Positions 44,236 to 58,400 of a DNA stretch of 64,000 bases are shown here, piece by piece; within the stretch, counting starts at the first letter, position 1, and each line of letters opens with the position of its first letter. The notes beneath the pieces are model-generated. The model had not been told where the DNA came from, did no database searches, and saw nothing but the letters and a program-made list of their open reading frames with translations. Position numbers and translations under genes: made by a program. The stretch comes from Tubiluchus corallicola (lineage: Eukaryota > Animalia > Priapulida): contig JAQGDQ010002374.1 of the NCBI GenBank assembly GCA_030141605.1, positions 310,001 through 374,000 of the forward strand, in the 5' to 3' direction.

Positions 44236-46402
44236 TTTTATTTCATCATTAATCAATCAGTATTAGTGTTGGGCTGAACCGATCGGTGAACGAACAGTGA
44301 TTATGGGTTGTGATTATTGAACAATTTCTGATCAGCTTATTAGGAATAGGTCTCCAAGCAAAGCAAGGCACAGGGCCCTATGTTCGATAAACATCGATTA
44401 TATTTATTGTATTGGTACTTCCAACAAAATCAGTGTTTAAACATTGAAAAACATGGTGCACAGCAAGGATTAAACAACACAAAAATTTGAACATATAAAT
44501 GGTAAGTACACAATTGGTAGTGATGGCACAGTATGAAATTACTATGAATTATTTATTATTAATCAAGTGTTCAGCACAAACATTTGTGAAAAATTTGCTT
44601 GCAGAGAATTGCTTTATAACTGGCTTTAAGTCGATGGTCTTCAGGATGGCATTTTCAATATACATTGAAAACCAGTTCAAGCATTGTGCTACGTAATATT
44701 TTCTGTTATTTATTTTCATTTGATTTGTTTTCACAGGCATCGGATTTGGTCACCCTTAGGGCTCGAGCAGCACTACAACAAACCTCTAGACAACCTTCAC
44801 TGATAAGTGATGATCATTTGGTTAAAGTCTATATAAGAACACTTGCAGCTGCTCCATATCCCAAAAGTGGATGACACAGTCAAAGGCACACAGCGTTCAG
44901 CTACTGGGTAGCTAGCTCACCCAGTCCTTAGACGATAACAGTGACGAACATTTGGTTAAGACCCAAGATTGCTCCAGTTGCTCCATATCTGACCAGGTGC
45001 TTTCCGTTTCAGCAGTCTCATGTTTGGATGTATAGATTCCAGCATTATACATCCTGTACAGAAGGTGACCAGAATCCACTCCTGTCTCACTCTACTGGGC
45101 CGCGCGGGCAGGAGCTTTCTCCCCAAGTATGAGCCTTTAATATCGCTGATCGGATTAGTTTGGCTCTGATGTTCAGAAGAATGAGTGTCTTCAGAAGAGC
45201 ATCATTCTCTCTTCCCGGCCATTCCTCTGTAGCCCACACAGGTACTATGTGACGAGGCAGTAGCAGAACTGCAGTGCCATTTGTAATCATCGAGGATATT
45301 CGTACTTTTGAGCTTTATCCGTAAGCCTAGCCCTGTGAAATCAAAATCATGCACTCATACTGGGCTAAATTTGTGACCATGGGCCGATTAATTTTGCTGT
45401 TCACAAATATTAGTCAGGTAGCAACACCTAGGCAGAAATCAGATGTGCCAAGATTGCAAATAACGAGGATGAAAATGTAAAGTAAAAACCTTTTTATATA
45501 ATATGGTAGATAGCCGAGAGCTTTTATTCAATAAAATTGTATTGTACCCTGAACGTATAAAATTCAACAGGGCAAACCCAGAAACATTTTAGCACTTATG
45601 AACTAATTTTTACGATGAAGTCCAGAAAATAAAAACTTTGTTTGATATTGCCGCCAGGTCCATAAAAATAAAAAACAGACAATACATAGTATATATGTAT
45701 AATTTTACTGTATTAACATTGGGATTGTATTTTCAATAAAACTATTGATCAATTCAGGCCTCAAGTGAAAAAATTAACTGAAGTGTCAGGAAAATATATT
45801 GACGACCAAATTGTTTAATTCACCAACAATGAATGTTAAATGACATATTATATTTTTTGTTTGTTTAGAAAATTTGAACGCTTTTTACTTGAAATGCTTT
45901 AAAATCTCGATTCAGGAGTAGGGGTCAGAATGGCCCCAATCCCGAACGCTCATACCGGCAGCAGAAAATTAACAGAAACAATGTTAGCAATTAATGGACT
46001 GTCACCCCATTCTACTGTTGGTTTGAGTAGACGGCAAATTTAACAAGCAAAGAATGTATGTATTTGTGTAATAGCGGTTATTAGCCATTTAATGCTACGG
46101 ACCCTTTTAGGGTTGTCATCTACTGTGCCCAACTTATCTTGCTAAATGCTGATTTTAAAACAAACATAAAAAAGTACAAACATTTTTAACATGTATTACA
46201 ATAACTGTTATATTTGAAAAACTATTTCAAACAGTATGCATACAAATTATGGTCTTTTATTACATATGGACAGAAATCTTACTGAGATTTTACCAGGCAA
46301 TAAGATAAAAATATAATATTCTACAAGTTTCAGCAAACTCATTCATTAAGCTAAGCTAAATATCAGTTAATTTCATTAAAAATTCCTACAGTTGTAAATG
46401 CA

Positions 46403-49400
46403 TTAATCATCGAGTTGGCACAACGCTGCAACACCTCTGTTAATCCAGTGTTTCTCAGGTTTGTCACTAGGTAACTCGATAGTCAGGACGTAGTTTGTTG
46501 AATGGCCAGTAGTGGACAGTACACCTCGACGGGCACTGGTCTTGTAAACAGGACAGGCATATGTCCTTTTTCTCAGCATATCAACATACTTTTTCGGTCG
46601 CAGCCATATGACAGGCATACAATCATAAATAATTTTTGGAAGTGACTCTTCAATTTGTTTAGCAGTTTGCGACCACCGGGCACCTTCTAAAAACAGACCC
46701 TGGAAAAATTAGATTAGTACTTAAATAATAGCTTGTACAGAGGCAAGCATGATTCAGATCAAGCGAAGTGGCTTGTGACGTGCAAAATAATGTCTGGCTG
46801 TGCACTATCAAACTTAAGGAAGGCATTTTTTTTCTATTTAGTAAGGCAGAAGTTCTGGAGTTTCAAAAACAAGATACACTTCATAAATTACAGATAATTG
46901 GCCAAGCTTTCTGGTAAACACATGATACAAAAATAAGTATTTTCAGCAATGAAACAGAAAAGTTGGGGAACTTATCCAACCAGCCAAGTTCATAAACTTG
47001 TAAGTACTTTGTGCTCAAACAATAAACATGTAATGGTAACTTGAAATATGTGCTTAACATCTATAACCCAGCCACGATGTATTCCAACATTGCTACCTTA
47101 ATATAAACACCATCTTCAGGTCTTTCGTGCATATTAGCATCCTCCGATGTCACTTCAAACTCAAACCCAACCTGGTCTATTGGAATTGCGTATTTCCTAG
47201 AGTAATTCTGAAGAGCCCCTGCAATTAAATAAAACAATTGCAAAATTCATTAATTTAGAACAACATACTAATGAGTTTCTTACTCACCCTTGTATTGCAT
47301 AGAAGTATGTAACTTCATTGACTTTTACAGTTACCTGTAATCTATGAAAATTCTTTTTACCTGTAAGGAAAGATTGTGTAAAATAGAAACCAGATAACCA
47401 AAAAACAATTGGTGGTCCTTTGTCAATCCAGTCCTGCAGAAATTTCAACCTAAAAAATAAAAGAAAGATTGCTTTATATTCACGCATTTACATTTACAGT
47501 TTACATTTCTTGAAATGTTAGTTCAACAAGTAAACATTCTTTAATATTATAAATAAGTGACGATCTATTTTTCAGACACATTAAATGCAGATGATACACT
47601 GGATGTGTATGGTGAAGATAGGAAACAGGATTAGTGTGCTGACTTGTGGAAGAGGGCAGATCAAGTGGCCATTGCTGATGTTCTACATAGTACAAGGCTA
47701 CGTTAGTTGTGTCATCTCCAAAGAGCAGAGGATCAATTTGCTGAAGTTGATAGATAGATAAGCTCACACTCAACTTCAAGTTGAAGGCATGAGACTTGTT
47801 GGCCAGCCTAGAAAAACCTGGCAGGAAGTTCACATCAAGGCGTGGCACTTGTCACCTGAGCTGACCAGCAGGCGGGTTATTTGGAGGTGGGCCATTGGCA
47901 GACCCCTGTCCAACCCCATCTAATGGGAATGATGGACTTAAATGTTGATGATGATAATGATGATGAGACAAAATTATAATGTATGGCTGTGCTGCTTGCC
48001 CATTTTTGTTCTTCTCAAAAGGAACGTGCAAATCACGTTGTGTAACTTTTCTGAGGTCGGGGATGAATAGCTGATTGCACTACCTTAATCTTGTTAGTGT
48101 TAATGCATAGTCTGCTATCACATTTATTAGTTGTATACTTTACAGCCCTGTGCAGTTAATTTCCAAGCACCTGTCCTGATCTTGCAAGTCACAGTGCTAA
48201 CTACAGTCTTATCAATTCAAATAACGACTAGCGAATTTGAGCTGCGTATCAGCATTGAAGCTCTGATGTTAGATGATATCATGCAATTTCACACACTGAT
48301 GCCTATATGGATGAAGTCAAACATTCACACAGGTGAATCATTACATACCTGGCTACAAGGTCTAAAATATAACTTCCAAGAGGTTTAAGAGATGGATAGG
48401 ATTTTGCAGCCCACACCGCTGGCACCTTTCCAATTAGCATGGCATCAAATAATTTCTCTAAATCTGTAGACATTAAGACCAGTCCTATAAAAAAGAATTA
48501 AAATATTTAAAATAGCAAGACCATACTGCAAATTAACAACTTAAGGTCAGGTGAAGAAACATTAATGATTACATTTGCACAAAGCAGCTTAAAACTACAC
48601 AAAGTTTAAAATTCTGAAAATCTGCTAATAACAGGGTCAAGATACTACATGTTATTGTGTAATACTAAATGAGTTCTGCTGAAACGGTCTGAATTTATCA
48701 AGATTTTGGGCATTGCTGTAGCATTGCCACAGAGTTTTTGTTGACCATTTTGTTGGGCCAAATCTTGAATAAAGTTGTATTTTTCTACAAGTTAAGGCAA
48801 TCTACTCGTTAAGCTGAATTCTACCCTAGTACTCGTCAATATAGTAAGGAACATCTAGAGTTACCCACTGAAATACAAAAAACTGTAAACTTCTTAACAG
48901 GAACACACAATAGTTAAAGCCGTCATGCGAGACAGAACAAATTCCATACTATGAATAAGAATCTTGTAGTAGTAGCAGCAACAGCAGCAGCAGCAGTAGC
49001 AGTAGTAGTAGTAGTAGATGTAGAAGTAGTAATTTACTGACTGTAACAATGAATTATAAGCAGAACAATAAGAACTTTACAGTCCAATATGTAGCTATCC
49101 AAGCAAACTCTACCTACATGAATAGCAAACAGCTAGCCTTGTGTGTACATTAGAGGCACTGACATACTTAACAGGAGAGTGTAATTATGGTGGACTTGTG
49201 ACAGATGATAACAACTTTGCATTACTCTTTGCTACAAGCTTTAGATTGATAGTAAATAAATTTGATAAGCAACTAAAATCTAATTCAGGATAACCCTGAT
49301 AAACATTCTCAATATTAATGTATCTGAACTGATATTCAGCTTGCACATTACATATTAGTAGAAAAATATTAGAAGAGGAAAGCATACTAGTTTTTTACTT

Positions 49401-52400
49401 ATAATCTTTAGTTAACAAATTATAATATATAGAAATGAACACATATCGCATTTCAAACCAAAGAGACAATAACATTACCTTTGATTGCCTTCTGAATGTT
49501 TACAAGGGTTAAGCGGATGACCGACGTCAATCTGTTGAATCGAATCAGTTCCTGTCGTAGAACGGTGTTCATTGAATCATTGTACAAGACTGGATACTTT
49601 TTAACTATCTCTTCCAGGTCAAAGTCCGGTGGCAGTTTATCAAGAATATCAATTGCTAAATCTGTGATGATATCACTGGAAGATTTCCCACCTCCTTCAC
49701 CTTGTCGCGGCAGTGTGAGTAGAATTGAATCAAACAGCTGAAGTTAAATAGAACACAATGATCAAGATTACGTATCGAGAGCTGCTAATGTTATAAAATT
49801 CTTGAAAACGCTATAAATTTCGAATGCTGGAAATAATGCAAATTTTGTGATTGTATGACATCATTAACAATAAATGCTAGTTCTGTTAATGCGACTATTT
49901 TTATTGATGTATTTTGTAAATAAAAAACGCAGACTTTCTCTTCAAAGTTCCTTCTCGGAAGAGGGATAATGCTATTAGTAGCTGCTACACTGCATTTGTG
50001 ATTGTTTTTCAGACTCACTGACAGTCCCAATTCACACTATTTGGTCAGTTTTAAACATTTAATAATGTTGTAACAATTAATGATGAGTTGGTACTGCATG
50101 ACATGTAAAAATATAGAGTTGACTAGCTAAAAATGTTTCTTGCATTCTCAGCGTAACAGGCGCTGAGATGATAAAAGCACCCACAGAACCAGCATTACAT
50201 GCCAGCATATTTATTGCTTCCTTTATGCAGTGGGTTTGTAATGGAGAGTGTAATGTTTTTTTTTCTCATCTCCTAAGTAATTGTTGCTCTTTCTTATACT
50301 TACTTTTTCTCTTAAATTTTCTATATTACACTTTTTTGATACTTATTTTATCTCTCCATACAGTCAAAATCACCCTGTCAATAAGGCCCCTATTTGAAAA
50401 TATATATAATAATCATAATTACTTGTATTAATTGTATTGTTTTTGTTTAGATTTAGGTGTCATCTAACTTAATTATTTTTTGTTTTCACTTATACTGTTT
50501 TCATTTATACTTTGTTTTCATTTATACTGTTTATTATTATTATTTTTTGCCTATTTGATTTTGTTATCAGCAGTCTCACCATTTACTTTTAATATACTAA
50601 TTTAATTATAAGACAGGGCAGGAGACTAGATGACCCTATGGTCCTTCCTTGCCCTGCTCCACTACTATAATTAAGTAATATTTAAAAAAGCTTGTCATGT
50701 CAAACAAATGCAGAAAATAAATGTTCTATGTCTATGTCTATGTCTAATGGATCGAATCATTTTGCAATTCAAACTTTTAATTCATAACACATGCAGCTAC
50801 CTTAAATAAATGTAGATAAATAAATACATCTTATATCTAAAATATTTTAAAATGTATGGGGATTAGCAAAAATTTAGTGCCGTAACCATATCCAAAAGTG
50901 GAATCATTATCTTAGTTCCGAATGTTAAATTCCACAATAACATACGTAAACTGTGAAAAAGTTAAAAATTTTTTCACTGTATGGATAATAGTAACTGTAT
51001 AAATCCTTACCTTGAGTGATCACGGGTGTGTTGGAGCCATTTGTAAAAAAAAAGGATCGATTTTTCAAAAGAGTCGTTTTAATGTCTCTTCAAATAATAG
51101 CCAGCCAGTCATTATAGAGTCATTTTTGAAATCCCATAAATCATTTAAGAGACATAATTACCTGCTGAGTTTCCTGGTTATCCTTTGTTATGTCAGCATT
51201 TTCATGCAAGCCAAACACTTCCGGGTGTGGAACCATGGGCAAATTACGAATATAGTCCACAAATGTAGAATACTCACCTTCCTGTGGCACTTTGTAAATA
51301 CCACTCGGAGAAAACCTATGAAAAACAGTGTATTATAGTAAGTACATTTTTAATTTTATGCTTGCATGTGCATTATAGAATAAAATCTGTGCATAGTGTT
51401 ATAGTAATATATACATACTATTCCTGCTACTGCTGTTGCTATTACTGCTGCTACCACTACTACTACCACTACCACTACCACTTCCACTACCTCTACCGCT
51501 ACTATTTCTTTATAAACTGTAATGGCCAATTATTAAATTTGTCCAGTTTTGTCTGTTACATTTTATTGCAACTGGATTAGTTTTGTGATTCATTTGTTTT
51601 TACTACAAAGCAAGATAAAGAATGGCAAATGTGGGAATGACGATTGAACGGTGGAAAGACGGTTGACGAATTACAGTTCGTAAATTATAAAAAAGTTGGA
51701 TAACTAAATCCTAATAGCTTATCATGCCCAATTGTAGGCTGGTTTTGGTGCAGGACTCAGTGGCCTTGGGTTTTCTCAAATGTTTGCCTTTCTTTCAAAG
51801 TTTTAACAATGTGTATAGGTAGTTTATAGGTAGTTGAAATTACACGGGTAAAAGTGTTGAAGTCTAAGTTATTTCCAGGTAAAACGTTAGCCTTCCCCAG
51901 TTTTGACAACCGTGGTAAAATACCATGGGAATTCACATGGTTACCCAATAAATCACACGATTAAATAGTATAAAATTTAACAGACAGGTGCTTTTTACTT
52001 GTATTTTTCATTCCAAGATATTTCGTGAGTGTAAAATATTGACAAAAGAGAAAGTAGGAGTCGTCTGTCTTTATCGTCTGTCACACGACCACCATAATTG
52101 CATTCTCCTGTTAAGTATGTGAGTGCCTCCAATGGGAAATAATCATACTCGTCTAAAAACATCTGGAAAAATGGAAAGACATTTGTTATGATAAGTCATT
52201 TATGTATACTTTATAAATGATAAGTACTTGCTTTAGGTAAATACTGAGTAAGAGTAAAAGTACTTTATTAATATTCTTTCAGAGAAAAATATATTGATCG
52301 TCTTATATAGCCGTGAATGTAACGGCATCTAGTGAAAATATATAGACCGCAAACTATATTTTTTGTTTTGTACGTCTGACTGTTTTATCATTTACGTACA

Positions 52401-55400
52401 ATATTTTTAAGTCTATTTATTTTTATGCAATTTCCATGAACTAGTTCTCAAAATGAAATACTACTGTTGATGTCAGGCAATTTAATTTAATCTTCTATAA
52501 TTATTTATTTTCTTTTTGTATTTTTACAAATATACATTTCCTGAAAGTGTATGAAACGAAGCCAGTCTTAATCACGTGACCTAAGCCTTATTAGTATACA
52601 CCACCTATCAATCACACTTGTTTTTACACATAGTTAGATTTTCTGTTGCCGCTATGCTGATCATGCCGTTTGGTGATACTTTCATTGCTTTGTCTATTTT
52701 GTTACAATTTAACAGTCACTAGTTGTATTTTCAAGCCAAAGTTGTCACTAGCAAATGTAAGTCACTATCTACTTTACTAATTAGTTAATAGTTTAAACTT
52801 GTTAGAATTGCTTCAAATCTCTAGAATCATAAAGTAATAATTTGTATTTCAGTCTTCTTAAATCTAATTTTTCATTTTGTCTAAATAGTAATAACCTTTA
52901 GTTTAGCACGTTTTTAAGCACTTTTTGTAATCTGTTATTTTAACAAATTGCAGGTCTATCGCACAGTTCAAGGCCAATTTTTACCATTTCTTTGCCCGGA
53001 CTGGGCGCATCCACATCTACTATTTCACCGCACTTGAATAATTCATAGTTAAGAGTGCGTTTAGATTTTTCGATAGTCTAGACATGAGTGAATGTCATCT
53101 TTGCGTGACACTGACGAAATTCACCTTGCATAATTTTTCAGTGAACTGCTTTCCTGATGAGTTTTTCTGGATAAAATTTATTTAACCAGAGGTCTGAATT
53201 TTTTGCAAGTGACTGCATTGTTTTCCATGGGTAAGTTTCATAATCTAAACACACGACACTTGCCCAGAGATAAGTGACATGCAGGAATGATATCTGGTCA
53301 CAGCAGAGATGCCTGATAGTCTAAACAGGGCTTTAGTGAAAATATGTCACTAGAGTTCTTAATTTGCTTACCTTTAATTGTTTAATGCTAATTCGTAAGT
53401 CTGACTCATTAAATTCATATGGTATATTCCAGCCAAGTGGACCAAACTTTCTTCTTTCCTGGACTAATGCATGGAAGAAGCAAAGTCCAAAAAGCAGTTT
53501 TTTAAACAACTGTTAAAAGAAATCTATCCATATAATAGCTATTGGTAAAATGTAAACAGCTAAAAGACTAAACAGTAGCTAGATTTAGTTAATAGCCAGA
53601 CTTACAAAGTGCAAGGAAAGAAATGTACCTCAATGAGCATTTGAACCAAAAGTACCAGCATATAAAGTTTGTTGCTTTACCAAGCCAAATGCTACAATGA
53701 TGTGTAATAAATAATGCATTTATTTCTAAAGTGCTCTTTCAATAAAAAAAGGTGCTGCACAATTAAAAATATTTAGATAAAAAACTAAAAAATAATACAA
53801 TTAGACCCATCTATAAATCAAAAAAAATTTCCAAAACATTCACCACTTACACATTACAATACTGCTTAAAAAGATGAGTTTTTGGTTTCCTTTTAAAAAA
53901 AATTCAATCTGAGCATTCTCTAATTTTAGCTGGTAGCTTATTCCAGCACTTTGGTGCAATGCTTACAAATCTTAAATCAGCAACGACTTTCTTTTTGTTG
54001 TCCTTAAGACTTTTTTGTTAAGGTGCAACAAGTTTTAATTCATTCATTTGCTTTCCTAGCTCGTATGCTCCTGTTATAAACACGAAATGGCAGACACTTA
54101 GCTCAGTAAGCTGGGGCCAGTCCATGTAATGCTTTTTACATTACAACTAATATTTTAAAAGTACACCAGCCATAGACGTATAAGTTAAAAATATTACTTA
54201 TAAATTTTTAAGTGTACATGTTCAATAGTTCTCATTTCTTGTTGTAAATGCATAAGAGTAAGACTCTTTCAAAAATTAATTTTGTTACTATAGCTTGATC
54301 GTTTGGAAGTATCTTAGTCTTGTAAGCAGGGACACATTATCCTATAAGCCAGTACAGGCTGCAGCCTATAGGGCCCCAAGCTTGAGGGCTCTAGTAAAAA
54401 ATTTTCAAATATTTTTTTTAAAAAAAAATGAGTAACATATTTTAATATTTTGCATTGCTGAATAATTCCTTTAATTTAAAATAAAACTTCAACTTTAAAA
54501 AAAGGAGGTTCGGGAGTCTAAAAACACAATTTTTAAAACAAGTAGCCTCTTATTTGAGATTAAGGGCCCTGGCCCCATCTGAGGAGACACCATAATTTCA
54601 TTAGCCTAGGGGCCCCAAAAGGTCATAATCTGGCCCTGCTTGTAAGTCTGAAGGGCTATTGTTCATGAAAGTGAGAAATGCATTGCTGTCCAAAACAACT
54701 AGGCAATATTTGTTTTTTATACGCCAACAGAAATTGCAAATTATAATGAATTATTACTAATGAAATTAAGCACACATACATGTAGATTCTTAACACTACA
54801 CACCATTTAGTGATTCCTAAAAACAATAAACATAATGTCTGATATCTGTTATTGGCTGTTCATACGGCACTATTGATGAATTGCAGAATTTGTTAGAAAA
54901 CTGGCATATAGTAAATATGCATATAGTCAATCTCCTTATATCGCCTGCTTTCGATCTCAAAAAGATGACGTTATGGCGAGTTTGGCATTACAACAAAGTG
55001 CATTAATACATACATGTGTATGCAAATATAGACATTTTGTTTTGCTAAAAATTTGGGCATTAAGCGAGGTTTGAATTATAAAAGGAAGGCTTATAACAAG
55101 GTTTGACTATAGTTGTATCTGCAGTCATTGTATTTAAAAAAAATTAAAGTTTTACAAATGTGCACATCCACCTCTGGTTGCTCACAAGTGTTGAAGAACC
55201 TCATATCAGATACAGGATCATTTAGGTAAGATCTCAACAAATTTGCTCGCAAACTTTTTGGGGGTTCATTCGTCATCTTGACACCATTTTGCAAGGTAGA
55301 AACGGGAAACTGATCAGATGGATAAGTCGTCAGCCACAAACGGAAGTCGCTGTGAGTTATTTCTGGTCTGATAGTCTACAAAACAACAAAATAGCAGTAG

Positions 55401-58400
55401 TAGTGCCGTCTCGTTGATTCGTTCCTGCTATAACAAGTTCTATTAAGAGCAACAATAAAATAACAGTACTAATGCAGTCTAATTGACTGCCGTTCTTGCT
55501 ATAACAAATTTTATTCTGAATAAAAAGAACCACAGCAAAAATGGTTGAAGCTGCTGTATCATGGGCATCTTACCGACCAGTTCAACGGGAAGGTTAGGCA
55601 ACTTGTTCCTGGTATACATGTAGCTTTTACTGTTGTTTACGCAAAATCAGATTTTCTGAGTTGAAGTCATAGAATCAACGTGATACGAACTGCAACAGTT
55701 GTCTATAACCTTTTGTGTCAGGCATGTTCTGTAGGGCGTACTGACCAGCATTTGAAGACAAAGATTACAGAACACTATTTTTATTGATAGACATCTCCTA
55801 GTTTAAACTCTAGGGATGAGTTTACCCACCATTTAAAGTAAAAGCAAAAATAAACATTTTATTCTCTGGAGTTTGAACTTAAATTCTGGTATTTTAAGTA
55901 GCTACGACTGGCATCAGCTGCAAGCTTCTGTGGTTATGGTAAAAGTATCTATTTTCACATATTTTCTTTAATCTTTAAAATGGCCAACCTATGTATTAGT
56001 AGTTGGAAAGTGTACATCAGAAAGTAAATCTTACCAGGGTAGGTCTCCATATTTCTGTGCATGGACCTTTTAGCATGATTTGGGTGATGATTAGAATGAC
56101 TTATTTTTGCTATAACAACATAATTCTTGAATGAAAAAAAATTTGCATGTGATAATTCGCTTAAGACAATTTATTCTGTGCCAATAATCAGGCACGGACT
56201 TTGACTGTAAGATCCTAATGTAAGCCTAACAGTTTTGCATTAATTTAGGAAATTACCCCGATGGTACTGCTAACAATAGTTGTAGCTATACACGGGATAG
56301 CTGTAATATCCTTATGTTAAAATATTTGACATTATGTCACCAAATTTTACACTATTCACTGCAATTACTAAAGAAAAAATCTAAGTACAACGTCCAGCCA
56401 CAGCAAAAAATGGCACAAGGACAAGATTTAAAAATTTATTAGTTTTTTAACTTAAACCTGTGATAATTAAGTGTTTAATAAAAACATAGGTAGCACAAAA
56501 CATAATTATAATATACAATTAGCAGATTTTTTTATTGGCATTTCGGAGTACCAGATACCATATTTACAATGCATTTACCACACAATAACTGAACAATTAC
56601 TTTGCATTCTATATACCTCTACCTCAAACTGGAAGGATATAACAAATATAATCTAATTATTAAGTAACTTGGTATTTGTATTCCAACCTTGCTTGGAATA
56701 TGAGATTGTTTTGAATAAGTTACTCAAAGAGTTCAATAAATGCACTAGTAATTGTATACTACATAGTTAAATAGGCACAGTAAAACAACAATAACATTTA
56801 TGTTTATATTCTTTTTCAATGAATGTGTGTGTGTGCATGAGTGTGTGAGCATATATAATATTAACTAACTAATTTGGCAGTTTAAATTATTTGTTGTACA
56901 TGTCTGATCCCTGAGTTAAAGAATCTTACACAATGATTAGAAATTTCATTACAAAAATACCGTGTGGCAAATGCAATCAATGTAAACCATAATTCAATAT
57001 GTGCTAATGAAAAAGAGTAAATAATAAAAAAAATATAAACCTCTTCACAAATTCTTTCTAGTTTGGGTAACCAGCTGGTAGCCAAGTGACAATTTTGCAA
57101 TATAACCCATGAGCCATCGGTTATTGCTCGGTTAATCATGTCGGTTGCAATAGGACCCTATAAATTGACATAATCATCAGTATAGATATAGAACCAAAAG
57201 TATTTCTAGTAAACCAAGTTAATTAATTGTGTAGGATTAATAATTATTGAAATGTAGCAATCACAACACCGAAAAACCTGCTATGGTTGTCAGTTTACAT
57301 ATTACAATTCGAGGTATTAGCTCCTTTTCAATGTTTTATTAATAATAACATATAAAATCATTAACTATGATTTATTAGTTGATTACATATTATTAGTGTA
57401 ATTCTGTTGTTAGATGACAAATTTTTTATTTTGTGATCTAATTGAGAAAATGCCGAATTAAAGTCACAAATTCGGTTTATAGATATCCGGGTCACTTATA
57501 GTTTAGAAATCACTGTGAGTCGGTGCTTGCAATATTTTGGCTCTAATAAAATTACAAGATCGAGGGAAAGACTGAGCTATCGATACCTCACCAAGATCTG
57601 ATAAATGCACAGAACTGATTTATAGAAATTTGTCTAAATAATCAGAGAACCAGCACATATAACAACATTATAATCGGCAGTATAATCTAAGATTCTAGCA
57701 CAAAATTTATTGCGAACTAAGTGCCTATACTAAATGCTCATTTGCTTGCTTAGCAGCAGCTGGTTGGTGGGACTTTGTCTCTTGCTAGAAGCTATGTTAA
57801 TGTAATGCTCTAAAAAAGTCACTTCACAGATTTTTATCCATTATATTAACAACAAATAAGGATGTAGAAAAGACTGAAAGTCAAGAAACTTCGTATTTAC
57901 ACACTGAATTCTTTAACAAATGTAATATTTCCACAAGCAATTAATGGCATCCATGCTAATATGCATATGATACAAAACAGTGACAGGAATGTACAAAAAG
58001 TCCTAGACAATGGACAACATTACAGTCTAGAGAACTCAGCAATCTACAAGTTACAGCATGTGAAAAATATTGTGTTTTGGGTGTATTGTGTGTCTATATG
58101 CCATATGCAACTTCACAGTCTGCAATCTGCATAGGGCTATATTTGTACAAATAGGTACTAGGCGTTTTCGAAACAGGATATTTCGACACATAAGACATTT
58201 GGACATGAGGACATTTGGACACATGGGACATTTGGACACAGGTAATTTTGTTGTTAGTTGATTTTTTCCTACTGAGTAATCGTTTGATTGTGTCGGCAGA
58301 TTGCAGCGCGAATTGTTACACGCTGATATTTAACATTTATAAAAAATCCAAATATGAGCAGATTGACCCAAAAATTAGTACGATTTGCTGTACCAGTACG

